Of a stretch of DNA of 64,000 nucleotides, positions 19,690-32,976 are shown piece after piece. Source of the stretch: a virus (Duplodnaviria; Caudoviricetes); the IMG/VR virus record IMGVR_UViG_3300017569_000030, positions 1 through 64,000 of that record, one strand, 5' to 3'. The position numbers were made by a program, and so were the translations under genes. Positions within the stretch are counted from its first letter, which is position 1. Each line of letters starts with the position of its first letter. The notes under the pieces were generated by a model. The model ran no database searches. It saw only the letters and a program-made list of their open reading frames with translations, and was not told the DNA's origin.

Positions 19690-22123
19690 TTGAAAAAACG
19701 GATAAAGCCATCAATGAACTAGTCTATGCAAAATATGATTTGCAGAAAGCATATAACTATTATAATGGTATAAGAGATGCAGACTAGTTCAGATACCTTG
19801 AAGAGGTGTATGGTGCAAATACTCCTACCACTCTTCACTTTACTCCTTTAATTAAAAAACATATTGACGCTTTAATTGGAGAATATCTTGGAACTCCAAT
19901 TATTCCAAAGATATTCTGCAAGGACAGTGAAACAATAAATAATATAGATAGAGAGAAGCAACTTAAAATCGCTTCTGAGTTACATACTTATTTAAAAGGT
20001 CATTTAAAAAATTCTATTCTCAATTTTCTTGATGGTAAAAATATAAATGATGGATTGGTTGAATAGCAACTTTCAAGAATAGTTTAGGATATTAATAACA
20101 CTTTTGAATCTGAGTATGAAATTGCTGCACAAAATGTTGTAGAATATATTATGCAGTCAAGAGATACTGATATAATGAATGTATTACGTGATTTATTATT
20201 AGACTTGTTAATTACTGGTTATGCTTTTTATCGAGTGAAACCAACAGTTGAGAATGATAATATTAAAATTCAAGCTCTTAATCCATTAAATACATTCATA
20301 GATCGAAACTTTGATTCTCCTTATGTTAAAAATTCATATCGCGCAGTAGTTCGTAATTGGATGACTAAAAATCAAATTTTAAATGAATACGGTAAGGAGA
20401 TGAACAGAGATGATAGAAAGCTACTTGATGAAAAATGGGATTCTGTATATGAAAATGCCATGTATTATGTTAGACTTGGTGAAACTAATGGTGTCCCTGT
20501 TACTGATGGATTACAAGGAGGCATTGAAGTAACTCCAGGTTATCCAGATAGTAAATCTGGTTTATTGCATGAATTAATACCTGTTTATGAGGTTGAATGG
20601 CTTGAAACAGATAAAGATTTTATCATGTAGCGATATAAAACAATACGAATTGGCGAAGAAATATATCTATTAAGAGGTAAAGATGAGAAAGTAATGCGTA
20701 GTAAATCAAATCCATCTTATTGTGGTTTATCTATTAATGGCATTTACTTTCTTAATCGAGGTGTTAAACCATATTCAATGGTTTTAGCTTGTGCACACCT
20801 CCAGGATTGATTATACTAGTTCTGGTTAAATTTCGAGAATTGCTGGAAACCCCTGAGAGTCTTGAATACTTTAAGTAATAATTTCAAGAATTGGGAAATC
20901 AGCAGCTGAGCTTCTAAAAGAAGAGAGTTCAACGACTAAATGTAGGATCAAGTGATCTGAAGTACGAAAATATTAATTTAATATATGATATAGTCTCAAC
21001 ATCTGATGAAAATCAGAGCAGCAGCGAATCGCAAGATTCTAATGCGGACGTAAAATAACGAATTACGTCGAAGAAAATGTAGTATGACCTCTTAAATTTC
21101 TATCGTGATAATTTAATTGCTAACAGCGGAACAATAGGTGATTGGATTGATTACACTCTTATACCTGCTGAATTAGGTGTTAATTTACCAGAGAGATTAG
21201 TTAAATGGTAGGCTTTAAAGAAGCAAGGAATTGGTGTTTTGGATTCTTCTCAAGAGGGAAGATTAGCTTCTGGACAAGCCCCTCTTAATACTATCTTTAA
21301 TGGTTTCGATAACACCGTTAAAACACAGGCAGTACAAGCAATTCAATTAGCTATTGACGCGATAGAACAAACTTGTTCTTCTATTACTGGTGTATTTAGA
21401 GAAAGATTAAATGGAATAGAACAAAGAGATGCAGTAACAAACATTAAGATTGGATAGAATAATTCATTTATTATTACTAAACAATATTATCACTAGATGG
21501 ATTTAATAGTCAATGAAATGTTACTTGATTGTCTTAATTTAGCGAAAGTTGTTTACAAAAATGGATTGACTGGAACTATTATTTTAGGTGATAAATATTA
21601 GAAAGTATTTACTGCACTACCAGAATATTTCACTTTAACCGATCATGATATACGAATTTTAACTAGTACAGATGTCGTAAAGGATCTAGAACAGTTAAAA
21701 ACAATTATTCCTGAATTTGTTAAATCTGGAGGATTACCGCCAGATATTATTATAGAAGCTATAACTAGTAAGAGTATCCCAGATCTTAAATATAAGGTTA
21801 AAAAAGCTATGCAAGTTTAGAAAGATGAAGCAAACCAAGTTCAACAATTAACTCAATAGAATTAGGAGCTTCAAAGTTAGCTTAAATAGTTAAATACTGA
21901 ACTACAGAAAGCATAGAAGAAAATAGAAACTCTTAACTAGAACAAATTAGAATTAGAACAACAAGAAATGTAGACTAAATACCAAATTGAATGGTATAAA
22001 GCACAAACAGATAGAACATATAAAGAAGCTACTAATGAGGAATAGAAAAGAAGAACTCAAGTTGAACTTATGTAGCTTTCAGATGGAAATCCTTATAATG
22101 ATAAAATAAGATAGATTGACTAA
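19671..22123 (+). CDS. Portal protein, exons 19671-20807 and 21080-22123 (code 15, 726 aa)
   Basis: YNYYNG..DQFRYLEE, LHFTPLIKKHIDALIGE; spliced junction HLQD|QYDLLNFYRDNLIANSGT; follows terL. Confidence 0.88.
20808..21079 (+). mobile_element. Group I intron in portal (272 nt, no ORF)
   Basis: P1 CCAGGAU/GUUCUGG with U-G splice pair; P10 ATACTA/TAGTAT; AATTGCTGGAA, AATCAGCAG, TTCAACGACTA, ATATAGTCT; terminal G. Confidence 0.9.
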
Positions 22124-22869
22124 TGGAGCTTAAAATAAATATTACTACTTGTACTGCCTGTGATGATTGCAAAGTTACAGTAAAAGATTTAAGCGAGTAT
22201 TTATCAGAAGAATCAACAGGGACAGTTAAAGGTAAATTTAAATTTTCTGAGACTGGATCTATTGATGTATTACAATTAAATAAAACTTCAGAAACTCTTT
22301 ACTTAAATCCTACATATACTGACCATTCAGAAGTACAAGATTCTACTTTACAGATTTCCTAGGATGGATATTATAGTTTAGTCCATTTAGTACTTCCTAC
22401 AGTAGAGTGGTTTAATAATGAATTAGCAAAAACTTCTGGCTCGGCTCTTGGTTTATATTCTATTGTATATTATATAGACGAAGATAAAGTTTATAAGTAT
22501 ATAAATGGAACAAGTACAGAAGTTACTATTTCAGAAATAATAGAAGTTAATCCTTCTGATACAACAATATCAAGTACATCTAAAGACTTTGTTTCTATCT
22601 GTAAATTGAGAAAGTGTTATATAAATCTGTGTCAATAGATTTTAAATAACAGAGGATTTTCTTCTTGTTGGAATAAGAGTAATGTAGATTCAGAACTCAT
22701 TTATAAGCGAGATCTAGTTTGGACGGCGATTAATGTAATTAAATACCTTACTGAATGTGATCAATTAACAGAAGTTCAGCGTATTATTGAAAACATTAAT
22801 GGCTGTAATGGATTATGTAATAGTACTTCTAATAATTCTTCTAGCAATGGCTGTGGCTGCTCTAACTAA
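22123..22869 (+). CDS. Cys-rich structural protein (code 15)
   Basis: Open frame to TAA at 22867. Confidence 0.7.
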
Positions 22870-23065
22870 GTTAAAATTAAAAGTAGCCGATGAATTTTAG
22901 AAGCTACTATGTCAAATAAAAAAAGGATATAGACCTAATTATGAATTTATATTAGAAGAAATTTCCTTTATAGAATTAATAGAGAAAAAAGAGATAGATG
23001 ATAAATTATCTTTAACTGCTTTGCAGTATTACTTAAATAATCAATGGCAGATACTACAATCTTAA
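22847..23065 (+). CDS. Small hypothetical protein (code 15)
   Basis: Fills the gap between larger genes; one TAG. Confidence 0.5.
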
Positions 23066-24855
23066 CTCCTGGATGTGATAATGAAGAGGTAACCCCTATG
23101 ACTGTTGATGATACTATAGAGTATTTACAACATGATAACTTCTTATCAGAGTTTGATACTGAAGATGAAAAATCCGTATCTAGAGAAAACTTAGGAGTTT
23201 ATCCTAAAACAGCTGTTTATACTAAAGACGAAACAGATTCAAATATCTCAAAATCTGTTTCAACTGTATTAAACGAACATTTAGCAGTTGAGGATCCTCA
23301 TGGAACTCTTAGTGCTGCAAAAGAGTTAATGGATGGTATGGTAAAGGATGATGGTACAACTCCATTTAAAGCACCTCAAGCAGGTGTAGATCCTACTACT
23401 GATAATCATTTAACTACTAAGAAGTTTGTAGAAAAACTAATTGAAAAACATACAAAATTAGTTGGAGAAGACGATCCTCACTAGATATTACCAGAAGTAC
23501 TTTCTATGTTAGAGAAATATGTTAAATCTTCTGACATATATTCTAAAACTCAATTATATACACAGAAAGAAATAGATAATTTACTTAAGGCGTTTGTTAA
23601 GAAAGATGGTAGTACTCCATTTACAATAGCATAGATTGGATCTGATCCAACTGTTGATAGCCACTTAGCTACTAAACGGTATGTAGATAAGACTCTTTAT
23701 GCTCACTTAGTAGATGTTGACCCTCACGGATTTTTAACTATCTTAAATCAACGTTTAGCATCTTATGCTAAAATTACAAGTGTTTATGATAAGACTCAAA
23801 CATATAGTAGAACTCAAATAGATTCATTAATTAATAAATGGGTAAACGAAGCTATTGATTTAGCTATTCAATCTTACCAAGAAGAAATTGATGATAGATT
23901 TGAGGATATTAAAAATGAGAAATATGTAAAGCAAGATGGGTCTGTTCCATTTAAAAATCCACAATCTGGAGTTGATGCAGTAGAAGAGGATTAGTTAGTT
24001 ACTTTACGTCAATTAACTACTCAATCTGATGATTTAACTAAACAGATTGAAGATAAGGAATGTACATGGAAAACATCTGGTCCTGTTGAAGCAACTGTTG
24101 GATTTGTAGAGGAAGATACTCAATTACAAGAGTATTTAACTTTACAAGAAGTGTGTGATGCTATTTTCTATGGAAAACGTGTTGAATTAACTGTTCCAGA
24201 ATGGGTTATGATTAATGAGACAGGAGAAATTACTGTTTGTATTCATGGTTCAACAGGGGAAATTGTATTAGTTCAACTTTACTAGGATGATAAAGTGATA
24301 TATACTTGGGAAGGTGATTCTATTAAAGAAACTTTTGCAACTGGATGTACTACTGTAGATAGTGATGCAATTACTTCTGATGCCACCATTAAAGTAGTAG
24401 TAACTTACACTAATGGTACAACACATGAAGATACTAAAATAATAAAATGTTCTATGCCTGTATTTGTTGGATTACTTCCTAAATGGAAAACTGCTAATAC
24501 CATTACTATGGATTATCTTAAAGAGCTTCAAACTCAAGATACTGAAGGCACACAAAATAGATTTATTGAGTGTGGTCCAGATGTTACTTCAATTAATTTC
24601 AAGTATGTGTTTGAAGATGTAGATTTAAGACATCCGTTTGTAGTACTTCCACAATCTTATCCAGATTTGGAATCTTTAGTTACTAAATCACAAAGATTTG
24701 GTGTTGAAGCATTTGATGTTATTGATGGTATTCCATTACAAATATGGAATGCATCCACTGAATCTGAAGACAGTGTTATATTTAAGATATATGTTTATAA
24801 ATAGGCACTTGCTAGTATGAACTAGGAAGTTACCTTTAATTTTGTAAGTGAATGA
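23044..24855 (+). CDS. Tail/structural protein with internal repeats (code 15, 603 aa)
   Basis: Repeats DG(T/S)xPF..QxGxD..HLxTKxxV..H..DPH; TGA at 24853. Confidence 0.75.
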
Positions 24856-27152
24856 GTCAATATAGTGAAACAATAGGTAGCTTCAGCAGAACTGGTAATT
24901 ACCCCCTTGAAGCGAATTATATATTCTCCACTGAATCTGAACTAAAAGCCTTCTATGAAGAGCCTTTAAATAAAGTAACTTTACATAAAGGCTTATTAAA
25001 AGTAGTTGAGCAGGATGAAGATGGAAATCAAGCGTTATATTGGGTTACTGAAAATGAAGGTAACTTAAGTTTTCAGAAGCTAATAACACTCATAGATATT
25101 GAAACTATCAATGAATAGATTGATGATTTGATTGAAGCTCTCAATCAAGAAATTGAGGAGAGAAAAGCTAAAGACGAAGAATTACTTGGAACAGATGATC
25201 TAACTACAATTCCTGGTAATTATGATAGTATTTATGATTTAGCAGAAGCTCTTGTTGAGTTACAACAGAATGTCGATACCTTAGAAGAAGAACTTAAAGC
25301 AGCTGATGCATTATTAAAGAAAGAACTACAAGCTACAGTAGGAACAGAAGAGGATGATATTGTTGAGTATTTAAAAACATTAGATTATCCAAGTCTCACT
25401 AAAGTATCTGAGGACTTACATAAATTCCTTAATACAATAGATGATACAGATACATCTATTAATACTCTTCCAGAACTTCAGAAGTTCTTAGAAGGGTATG
25501 AATATACTCATCCACTTTCAGAAGTATTTACTGATTTTTGGAATAAAATCGCAGGTGATCCACTGCCTACTACATAGTTTAGCACTTTAAGAGGAATACA
25601 AGATTTTGTAGAAACTCTTGCATCTGTTACTACTAATAGAGACAATAATTTACAGACAGAAATAAATCAAACACAAGTAGGTGTTGGATTAAATAGTGAT
25701 GGTTCTTATAGTGCAGACAAAGAAACTCATTATTTACAAGATGCTACTTCTGTTATGAATGCTTTAAAAACATTAGACGCTCTAATTTATACAGCAATTC
25801 AAGAATATGTATTAGAAGCATCTAATAAAGATATAGTTCCTCTTGAAGTAGTAAAAACATCTAATGGCTATACTATTGGTGCTAAATTATCTTTATCCAA
25901 TACTACAGGTAATCAACTTTTAAAGAAAGATGATGGTTTATATTATTCTACCACATTAGATTACTCGAAAGGTGTAATCACTTTAAAAGTTAATGACAAT
26001 ATAATAGCTCAATATGATTTAAATATATCTTCAATAGTCAAGGATGCTTATTATAGTTCAGATACAGAAGAATTAGTATTAGTATTTAATACTGCAGATG
26101 GAACTGGACAAACAATCCGAATCCCAGTTGCTGCTCTGATAACAGAATGGGAAGTTGATAATTCCGGTCCAAGTAAAGTAGTTGAATTAACTAAGACTAG
26201 ATCTGTTAGTGGTAGTGATACATTATCTGGAGATGTTAGAATTTCAACTAACACAGATAATATATTAGAAAAAGATGGGAATACTTTATTAGTAAAGGGT
26301 ACTTCTGATAATTTAACCCACAACGGACAATCTCTTGAAACATATTTAACTAATTTAGAAAGTACTGCTAACACTCTTTCTACTAACTTAAATGCAGAAA
26401 TTAATAGAGCTACTACTAAAGAAACTGAACTTGAAAATAAAATTTCTTTAGAAGAAGTTAGGGCTGCTAAAGCAGAAGAGAATATTCAAAGTTAGTTAGA
26501 TTCAGCGGTTGAACGTATAAGTGCTACTGAAACAGCAATTACTAATGAAGTAGATAGAGCTAAAGAATCTGAATAGAGTATCAAAGATTCAGTAACTAAG
26601 GTTTCCAATGATTTAACTACAGAAGTTAATCGTGCAACAGAAAAGGAAACTTCACTAGAAAAAGAAATTAATGATACTAATACTGCTCTCAATACTTTAT
26701 CTAATACTGTTACCAATATCTCTAATAGCGTTAGTGAAGCTGGATCAGAAATAAAAGACTTACAAGATGCGTTATCTGAAGAGATAACTCGAGCAAAAAC
26801 AGCGGAAGAAAAGAATGCAACTGATATAGCTACTAAAGCTCCAATTGATTCTCCTACCTTTACTGGAATGCCGCAAGTATAGACTTCTCCAGATATAGAT
26901 GATGCATCACAAAGAATACCTTCTACAAATTGGGTAACTGAAAAAATTAATAGTATTGTTGCAACCCCTATAGAGGATTTATCAAATCACATTAAGGATT
27001 ACAACAATCCTCATAAAGTAACTGCAGAATAGCTTAGTGTTTACACTAAATCTGAAGTAGATGATAAGTTAGATGATAAAGCTGATTTAGTTGACGGAAA
27101 AGTACTTTCTAGTCAATTACCAGACAGTTTAGTAAATTGGATTGACGTATAA
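24852..27152 (+). CDS. Tail-fibre-like coiled-coil protein (code 15, 766 aa)
   Basis: Track fragments all in one frame; E(I/V)xRAxxxE heptads; KAPIDSPTFTG; H..DYNNPH.VT. Confidence 0.75.
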
Positions 27153-27153
27153 T

Positions 27154-29622
27154 ATGGCAGCTGTAAATTTTTATAGAGGTTTAAAAACAAAATATAGTGA
27201 GTTAGTATATACTGATGGTATATTTTTCGCAACTGACACACAAGAAATTATAATGAACGGTAAGAGTTTTGGAGGTGGTTCTATTAAAAGTGCTTCATTC
27301 TCAAACGGAGTTTTAACTCTCACTTTTTTATCTGGAGAAACCATTGATATTGCTCTTTCCAATGCCACAACGACAGAAGCAGGTCTTATGTCTGCTTCTG
27401 ATAAAACAAGCCTAGATTTACTTGCAAGTGGAGCAGTTTGTGGTGTAACTTATAATGCAGATTCACGTAAGCTATTGCTTACAGACAAAGATGGAACACA
27501 AATAGGTGAAGTTCTGTTAGTATATGCTACCGATTCTAGAGCAGGTCTTATGTCTGCTTCTGATAAAATTCATCTAGACGCAGCACAAGAAAACGTAATT
27601 GAAGAAGTACAAGTAGATGGTAATGCTTTAACTGTAACAGATAAAGCTGTTAATGTTGATTTATCTGGTAAGCAAGACAAGCTAACCGCAGGTGATAATA
27701 TTACTATTGATGGTACTACAATCAGTGCAAAAGATACTACTTATAGTAATGCAAGTGCTGATACTGCTGGACTTATGAGTGCAGAGGATAAAGCGAAGTT
27801 AGATACAATATCAGAAGGATCTACAAAAGTTGTTGTAGATACGGAATTGAGTAGTACTTCGACCAATCCTGTATAGAATAAAGTTATTAATAGTGCTTTA
27901 TCTAATAAGGTAGATAAAGAAACTGGCAAGGGTCTTTCAACTAATGATTATACTACAGTAGAAAAGACCAAGTTAGCAGCTATTGAAGAAGGTGCTAATA
28001 AAACAATTATTGATACAGAATTAAGTGCAACTTCAACTAATCCAGTTGCAAATAATGTTCTTAATAATATTATAACCGGATTAAATACTTCTATTACAGA
28101 AACATCAGAATCATTAGAGTCATTACAAAGTGAATATACAACAGAAATACAGGATATTAGTACTTCATTAGATTCTAAAGCTGACTTAGGCAGTGATGGA
28201 AAAATAATAACTAGTCAACTTCCTTCATACGTTGATGATGTGCTAGAATACGCTACTCTTACTTTATTCCCAACAACTGGTGAAACAGGTAAGATTTATG
28301 TTGCTCTAGATACTAATTTAACTTATAGATGGTCTGGTACTACTTATGTAGAGATAAGCCCTTCTTTAGCTTTAGGTGAAACATCATCTACAGCTTATGC
28401 AGGTGATAAAGGTGCAGCTAACAAAGCGGCTCTTGACAGTTTACCTTCAGAAATTGTTACTAGTGTAGTAAAAGCAGGCTCTTCTACTACATATAATTCA
28501 ATAGGTGTTGGTTATTCTCAAAAAGATTCTAATAATCAATATCCACTTGGACAATCACGTACAATATAGTTCGGTTCAGCTACCGCAACTGTAGCAGGAT
28601 TGATGTCCGCAGCAGATAAAGATAAATTAGACAATATAGAAGCTGAAGCTAATGTAAATAAGATTGAATCTATTAAGCTAAATAGTTCAACATTAGATAT
28701 TGCTGATGATAAATCTGTAAATATTGATCTCTCTAATTATCCTACTACATCGGATATGAAGGATGCAATAATTTCTACAGCTAGCCAAATGCAAACAAAA
28801 TTAGTTGCGGGAGATAATATTACTATTAGTGGTAATACTATTAGCGCAACTGATACTACTTATAATGTTGCAACAGTAAGTGCTGATGGATTAATGTCTG
28901 CAAATGATAAGATTGCTGTTAATGGTATGTTTGATGAAATAGTTCCATTCTATGGAATTAAATCTATAGAAAGTGCCTCTATTAGTGATGACACCTTTAG
29001 TTTAGATGGAACTCGTGATCCAGATGATCCAGAATCAACATCTTTATCAAGTGGAACTAGTTATGTAATATATAATGATACTACTAGTTAGTTTTTAATG
29101 TATTGGACTAATAGAAGAACAGGTTCTAGTGCACAACCTTCCACTATATATGTTAAATACTTTGCAAAATGGACTAGTTCAAAGTATTATGGAACTTATA
29201 GTAACTATTATAAAACAGGGTATGGACAAACAGGCAAAGGAATACTTTCTGATGTTATATTTGTTGATCAAACTACAGGTAAACATTATCAATACGATGA
29301 TGGTTTAGTAGAAATTGCTTGTTCTCCTATAGCTACTGAAAGTTCTCTGGGTGTAGTAAAAGTTGGAGAGGGTCTTACTATTGATTCTGCAGGAACACTT
29401 AGTTTCGATCAAGAAATGCTCGTTGGTGTTGAGGATGGATTAACTGATGAAGAAACTGCTAGGCAAACCGCTGATACTACTCTTCAAACTAACATAGATA
29501 CGGAAGTAACTAGAGCAAAGGAAGCAGAGACCACATTAACAAATACTATTGCTACTCTTCAAACTACTATAGATGAATTAACTGCTAGAGTTGCAGCTCT
29601 TGAAAATGTTGTAAGTTGGTAA
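27154..29622 (+). CDS. Tail fibre protein (code 15, 822 aa)
   Basis: Repeated (A/D)GLMSAxDK, KQDKLTAGDNITI, GLSTNDYT, SQLPSYVDDV. Confidence 0.8.
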
Positions 29623-29623
29623 T

Positions 29624-31558
29624 ATGATTGATACGAAAATAAGACAATAGGGCTTAAAAGCCGATTATGCACCTGATACAACACACAAGGATGTTATTTA
29701 TCTAACTACAGATACAGGTGAAATTTATTTTAATGGAGAAACTTTAGGAATATAGATAGAAGGAGAAGGTGCAGAAAACCAAATCTTAGTTTACAATGGC
29801 GGAACAAGAAAAGGTAAATGGGTTGATGCAGGAGATATATTGGAATTAAAAGATTATGTTTCTTATGGTGTTCTAGTAGATGAGTCGATCTCTGATCCTC
29901 ATCTAACTAGAACTGGAAACTTGTCTTTACACAGATCTTTACCAGTTCAATCACAATATAAGGGTTGTGTTGTTAAAGACAATAAAGTAGTATATTACTT
30001 AGATGAAGATGACTGGACATATAAAGAAAATGGTAATCCTAGCAAGGGATATACAGAACAACTTTCAGTTTTAGATGGAACTGATGGGGATGTCTGTGTT
30101 GAAATACCTTAGTTTTATGGATATTGTTATGACTTAGGTGATGGCAAATGGGATGTTCGTATTTCTTTAACTAAAGTTTCAGATGATTGGTTTGAAATAC
30201 CCCACATGTATTGGGGCGCATACAAAGGATGTATTGATAGAACCAGTACTTATAAAGCTAGAAGTGTACATAATACTACTGCTAACTTTAGAGGTGGATC
30301 AAATAGTCCTACTTATGATTATTTACTAGAGACTAATCCATTCTTCTCTCATTTAGGTAAAGCATCGACTGGTTTTACTCGCCCTCAATGGCGAACTTAT
30401 TGTATTAATAATGGTGCACAACCTACCAATTATGAATATTATAAATGGGTAGTATATTGGGCATTTGTAATTGAATATGCTAACTTTAATTCTCAAGAAG
30501 CGGTAAATTCAGAATTAACTGATGAAGGCTATCATCAAGGTGGATTAGGTTATGGTTTAAGTGATTCAAATTCTGTTAGTAGTACAGGAACTTATGCAAC
30601 AATACCTTGTGGATATACTAACAGTTTAGGAAATCACTCTGGAGAGGTTAAAATTGTTACTGATTCTTGTGATCTGAAATATGGTGTAGATTCTAGTATT
30701 TATAAATGGTATAGTTATAATGGATGTGTTTAGCAATAGACAACTGTTGAGACAACATGGGATGGAGGTAGTTGTGAGAGTAAAAATCTTCATATAACAT
30801 ACTTAAATAATACTACTAATATGTAGTTATATAGTGACAACAATGATGCAGGAACTAGATATTACAGTTTTACAAGTGTTCCTACTGATTGTACTATTAC
30901 TTTTAGAATAGATGGAAGCACATTAGCAGATCAAACAGAATATAATAAAGAAGAAAATGGTGATACTTATAATGTAACATATCTAGTGGAATGGGGTGTA
31001 AATAATTCTAGAAAAACAATACATTTTGAAGGATATAAAGGAGATACGGATATATACTTCTATTATCCAGGTAATTATTCAACAAATGATCCTGTAGTTG
31101 CTACTACATTAGCAGCTGTTACTGGAGCATGCCCTAGATATAGAGGAATTGAAAGTCCCTTTGCTGAAATCTGGGAATTTCTAGATGGTTGTATAGTAAC
31201 TTATGATACAGATTCAAAGCAAAATAAATTATATACAAGTCTAGAATGTCCATATTCTGATACTATTAGTGATTCTGATTATAGAGGAGATGTTTCTAAT
31301 AGCGGCGGCTTTGGTAAAAAGCTTTTAATGGGTTCTAGGGCTGATTTTTTCCCTGTTACTACTGGTGGAAGTTCTAGTACTTATACTTGTGATAGTTTAT
31401 GGGTAAATACTAGTGCCGAATTGCGCCTCTTGGTCTCTGGTGGGCGCGCGGTCTACGGTTCTTCTTGCGGTCTCGGCTGCTTGGATGCGTACCGCGGGTT
31501 GTCGTACTCGCATGCCGTTATCGGCGGTCGGCTCTTTTTCCTTTCGGTCGGGGCTTGA
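29624..31558 (+). CDS. DGR target 1, receptor-binding/tail-fibre protein with C-terminal CLec-type VR (code 15, 644 aa)
   Basis: DPHLTRTGN, W..VIEYANFNSQ, PRYRGIESPFA, VR1 at the C-terminus. Confidence 0.88.
31426..31556 (+). repeat. DGR variable region VR1
   Basis: 131-bp copy of TR1 with about 24 mismatches at TR adenines and one at a non-A position. Confidence 0.95.
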
Positions 31559-31609
31559 CTACCTTGAGACATACACTTAAATATTTCTAGTTAATTTTAA
31601 AAATAAAAA

Positions 31610-31740
31610 CCTCTTGAGCTCTGGTGGGAACGCGAACAACAGTTCTTCTTGCAGTCTCAGCTACTTGAATGCGAACAACAGGTTGTCGAACTCGAATGCC
31701 AATATCAGCAGTCAGCTCTTTTTCCTTTCAGTCAGGGCTT
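31610..31740 (+). repeat. DGR template region TR1
   Basis: AAC/AAT-rich counterpart of VR1, upstream of the RT. Confidence 0.95.
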
Positions 31741-31860
31741 TTATGGTTATTATGAAATTCTTTTTATTAATGAAATTAACTATGCCACTAGGCAAAAAAT
31801 TACGTATCTAACGGCACATTAGTAAACTATATTGAAAGTGTGCTACAACAAAAGAATATC

Positions 31861-32976
31861 ATGAAAAGAATTGATAATTTATATGATAAAATTTGTGATT
31901 TATCAAATATTATAGATGCCGCAGCAAATGCTGCCGAAAACAAAAGTAAATAGTATGGAGTACGAATGTTTCTGAAAAACTCCTTTTAGAATTGTATTAA
32001 TTTATCTGAGTTATTAAAAAAGGAGCAATATAAAACTTCTCCATATAAATTATTTACAATATATGAACCAAAAGAACGTCTATTATATAAATTGCCATTT
32101 TATCCAGATAGAATTGTTCATCACGCAATAATAAATATACTTGAACCAATTTGGATGAAATTGTTTACACGAGATACTTATTCCTGTGTTAAGGGAAGAG
32201 GTATTCACGGATTAGTAAAAAAGCTAACCAAAGATTTACGATATAATGTTGATGAGACAAAGTATTGTTTAAAATTAGACATTAAAAAGTTTTATCCAAG
32301 TATTGATCACGATATATTAAAACAGATAATACGTAGGAAGATCAAAGATAAAAAAGTATTAAAATTATTAGATGAAATTATTGATTCTGCTGAAGGTGTA
32401 CCAATTGGTAACTATTTATCGTAGTATTTTGCCAATCTATATTTAACTTATTTTGATCATATAATCAAAGAATAGAAAAGAGTAAAATATTATTATAGAT
32501 ATGCAGATGATATAGTAATATTATCCTCTAATAAACAAGAATTACATGAGTTACTGACTTTTATTAAAGAATATCTTTGGAATGAATTGAAATTAAAAGT
32601 TAAAGAAAACTATTAGATTTTTCCAGTTGATAAAAGAGGGATTGATTATGTGGGATATGTATTTTATCATACTCATGTTTTATTAAGGAAAAGAATTAAA
32701 CAAAATATCTTAAAAGCTGCGAGAAATAAGAATATCAAATCTCTTAAAACATATAAAGGTTGGCTTAAATATTGTGATTCTAAACATTTAATGCAAAAAA
32801 TATATAAATTATCTGGATTAAATTTAGATAATTGGAATGGCAGACAAGTTAATAGAATTGAATTAGATGGAGGAATAATTAAACATATACATAAAATGAA
32901 AAATTATTATAATATAGATTTCGTTAAGAATAACAAATCATATTATACAAAAGTTAAGAAATTATGGTTAAAATAA
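31861..32976 (+). CDS. DGR reverse transcriptase (code 15, 371 aa)
   Basis: EPKER..PDRIVHHA, YCLKLDIKKFYPSI, GVPIGNYLSQ(TAG)YFANLYL, YRYADD, NYQ(TAG)IFP, GIDYVGY. Confidence 0.95.

Noticed and set aside
31861-32976. Group II intron or retron RT
   Set aside because: No maturase domain or intron RNA; TR/VR pairs and the SQ motif identify a DGR.
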